From positions 1 through 46,044 of the forward strand of contig CAIMLT010000029.1 of NCBI GenBank assembly GCA_903842445.1: a stretch of DNA of 46,044 nucleotides. The letters are read 5' to 3'. The notes beneath the pieces are model-generated. The model had not been told where the DNA came from. It saw only the letters and a program-made list of their open reading frames with translations, and ran no database searches. Source of the stretch: an uncultured bacterium (GTDB taxonomy: Bacteria; Patescibacteriota; Minisyncoccia; Moranbacterales; UBA2206). Made by a program: the position numbers and the translations under genes. Shown here piece after piece: positions 44,004-46,044 of this stretch; the stretch's first letter is position 1, and every line of letters begins with the position of its first letter.

Positions 44004-44724
44004 ATTAAATCTGATATTTCTCGACACCGAAACAACCGGCATCGGCTCGGAAGATCGTTTATGCCAAGTGGCATATAAATTTCAGGGAATTGAGAAGGAG
44101 GCTCTTTTTAAGCCCCCAATATCCATTGGAATTGATGCAATGGCCGTGGCGCATATTACTAATAAAATGGTTGCTGATAAGGAGCAATTTTTAGATTCTC
44201 AGATGTATAGAGATCTAGCAGGAATTTTTTCCAGTGAACATATTCTGGTGGCTCACAATGCAGGGTTTGACGTGGAAATGCTCAGGCGTGAAAAACTGAA
44301 GCCAAAAAAGACAATTGATACTTTCAAGTTAGCACAATATTTTGACGCGGCAGGAGAAGTTCCAAAATACGCCTTGCAATATTTGCGCTATTATTATGAT
44401 CTTGAAGTGCTAAATGCACCAGCGCATGATGCTCTTGGAGATATCCGAGTCTTGGAGAAGTTATTTTATTATTATTTTGAAAAAATGTTAATTGGCTCAA
44501 AAGATGAGATGGCGATAATTCAAGAGATGCTGGATGTTTCTGCACGTCCAGTTTTGGTTAAAAAGTTTAACTTTGGAAAATATATTGGCATAAGCGTTTC
44601 TGATGTAGCTATGAAGGATCGTGGTTATTTGCAATGGCTCCTAAATGAAAAAGTCAGAGCTAGAGATCAAGAAGAAAATAACGATGAAAACTGGATCTAT
44701 ACGCTGGAGCACTATTTGCTTTAA
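43996..44724 (+). CDS. DEDDh 3'-5' exonuclease (ExoX/DnaQ-like) with C-terminal FGKY domain
   Basis: FLDTETTG, VAHNAGFD, AHDALGD, FNFGKY...YLQWL. Confidence 0.88.
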   Translation: MDKLNLIFLDTETTGIGSEDRLCQVAYKFQGIEKEALFKPPISIGIDAMAVAHITNKMVADKEQFLDSQMYRDLAGIFSSEHILVAHNAGFDVEMLRREKLKPKKTIDTFKLAQYFDAAGEVPKYALQYLRYYYDLEVLNAPAHDALGDIRVLEKLFYYYFEKMLIGSKDEMAIIQEMLDVSARPVLVKKFNFGKYIGISVSDVAMKDRGYLQWLLNEKVRARDQEENNDENWIYTLEHYLL

Positions 44725-44824
44725 ATGCTGGGCGTTTATAATTTAATCAGTTGTTTTCTCGACATATAGTTGATTTTCTAGTATATTATAAAATAGCTGA
44801 AAATAAACCTTAATAGACAACGGA

Positions 44825-45916
44825 ATGAAAAGTGATTTGATTGTCGTTGAAATGCTAAAAGAATACAAGGAGCGACTTGATCCATATCTGAGAGAATATT
44901 TTTCAGCAAGAATGATTCAGGCTAAAAAAATCGATCCACTGGCAGTAGAAACAATTAAAATTATTGAGAGATTTGTCCTTTCTGGTGGAAAAAGAGTTCG
45001 TCCGGCGCTGGTCTACTATGGTTATCTGGCTTCAGGCGGAGAGGATGGAGAAAAAATAATCAAATCCTCAATGGCAATAGAATTGGCGCATGCTTTTCTT
45101 TTGATTCACGATGACATTATCGATCGCGACTCCACGCGTCATGGAATCGAAACAGTGCATGAGACATATAGGGCGTATGGCAAGAAATTAAATCTTTCTG
45201 AAAGCGAGGCTGTTCATTTCGGCAACTCTTTGGCGATTACGGCTGGTGACTATACGCATACAATGGCCAGTGAAATTTTGTATGATATTGATTTTGAACC
45301 GGAAATAATTTTGGACGCTTTAAAAAAAATTCAAGCGATTGTGGCGCGAACCATTCCAGGCGAAATGCTGGATATCCTGATGTGTGCGAAAGGAGTAGCC
45401 ACGGAAAGAGAAATAGCTCGAATGCATGAAGGCAAAACTGCTCGCTATACTTTCGAGGGGCCGTTGCATCTAGGTGCAGTTCTTGCAGGGCAGAAAAAAA
45501 ATATTAAATTATTGAAAGCGTTTTCCGCTTACTCCTTGCCAGTTGGAAGAGCCTTTCAAATTCAGGATGATATTTTGGGAATTTTTGGAAATAAAGAAAA
45601 GCTAGGAAAATCCGTAGGAGCTGATATAATAGAGGGGAAGCAGACTCTCCTAGTTTTGAAGGCTAAAGAGAAAGGCAATGAGAAACAAAAAAAAGTGATA
45701 AAGGAATTGCTTGGCAAAAAGGATTTAACAGAATCGGAAGCAAGTAATTTTCGTGAGATCATTAGAGAAACCGGATCATTGGAATATTCACAAAAGTTGG
45801 CAGAAAAGTTTGTGGCACAATCACTTTTGGCCATAAAGGAAGTGGAATTTAAGAATATTGAAGCGAAAAAATTTCTTGAAGGGATCGCAGAATATATCAT
45901 AAAAAGAGAAGTGTAG
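44825..45916 (+). CDS. Polyprenyl diphosphate synthase (probably short chain, FPP/GGPP)
   Basis: GGKRVRP, FLLIHDDIID...RHG, KTARYT, FQIQDD, GK...DIIEGK; Phe five residues before the first DDxxD. Confidence 0.9.
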   Translation: MKSDLIVVEMLKEYKERLDPYLREYFSARMIQAKKIDPLAVETIKIIERFVLSGGKRVRPALVYYGYLASGGEDGEKIIKSSMAIELAHAFLLIHDDIIDRDSTRHGIETVHETYRAYGKKLNLSESEAVHFGNSLAITAGDYTHTMASEILYDIDFEPEIILDALKKIQAIVARTIPGEMLDILMCAKGVATEREIARMHEGKTARYTFEGPLHLGAVLAGQKKNIKLLKAFSAYSLPVGRAFQIQDDILGIFGNKEKLGKSVGADIIEGKQTLLVLKAKEKGNEKQKKVIKELLGKKDLTESEASNFREIIRETGSLEYSQKLAEKFVAQSLLAIKEVEFKNIEAKKFLEGIAEYIIKREV

Positions 45917-45928
45917 ATTAAATATATT

Positions 45929-46044
45929 ATGGAAAATGAATTGGAAAATTTGCCTTCGCATATTGCAATTATTCCTGATGCTAATCGGCGTTGGGCGAAA
46001 GAGCGTGGGCTTTCTCCTTGGAAGGGGCATGAAGCTGGGGCGGA
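45929..46044 (+). CDS. uppS: Undecaprenyl diphosphate synthase, 5' part (runs off the window)
   Basis: [37 protein letters not shown]. Confidence 0.88.
   Translation, partial: MENELENLPSHIAIIPDANRRWAKERGLSPWKGHEAGA

Noticed and set aside
1..46044. CRISPR array, cas genes, prophage, integrase, reverse transcriptase/DGR
   Set aside because: No regularly spaced direct repeats with unique spacers and no matching ORFs; the repeats found are dispersed palindromes
1..46044. UGA recoding (genetic code 25 or 4)
   Set aside because: TGA ends genes at expected positions (rlmN 25011, ybeY 27834, dgkA 28239) and conserved genes have no internal TGA

Overview
AT-rich bacterial chromosomal segment, genetic code 11. 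Gene content, divergent proteins and the near absence of Shine-Dalgarno motifs suggest a Patescibacteria/CPR (Parcubacteria-like) genome; this is inference. Content in order: rubrerythrin, gyrB, a lower-glycolysis/fermentation block (pgk, eno, gpmI, PfkB kinase, fused ADP-forming acetate-CoA ligase), recJ, rnhA, a MacAB-like ABC exporter, a DsbA-like protein, porCDAB, ogt, rlmN, elp3, a Trm9-like methyltransferase, ybeY, dgkA, ftsA, ftsZ, tRNA-Gln(CUG), ispH, a pseudouridine synthase, rplU, recR, dnaB, dus, cysS, corA, a short SMC, a GT-C glycosyltransferase, tRNA-Glu(CUC), a GIY-YIG remnant, a DEDDh exonuclease, a polyprenyl synthase and the start of uppS. No CRISPR array, prophage or transposase was seen. 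Highlights: (1) elp3 sits head-to-head with a methyltransferase carrying Trm9/ALKBH8-type motifs, a candidate eukaryote/archaea-like cm5U to mcm5U wobble-uridine pathway in a bacterium; (2) several families of short palindromic or tandem DNA elements occur both between genes and in frame inside elp3, dus, porD, rlmN and a small ORF, some nested and one pair with a compensatory base change; (3) a 141-bp MITE with a 5-bp target duplication supplies the smc stop codon; (4) the SMC appears to lack a hinge; (5) a pseudo-receiver is fused to a Zn ribbon. All family assignments come from motif recognition, not database searches.
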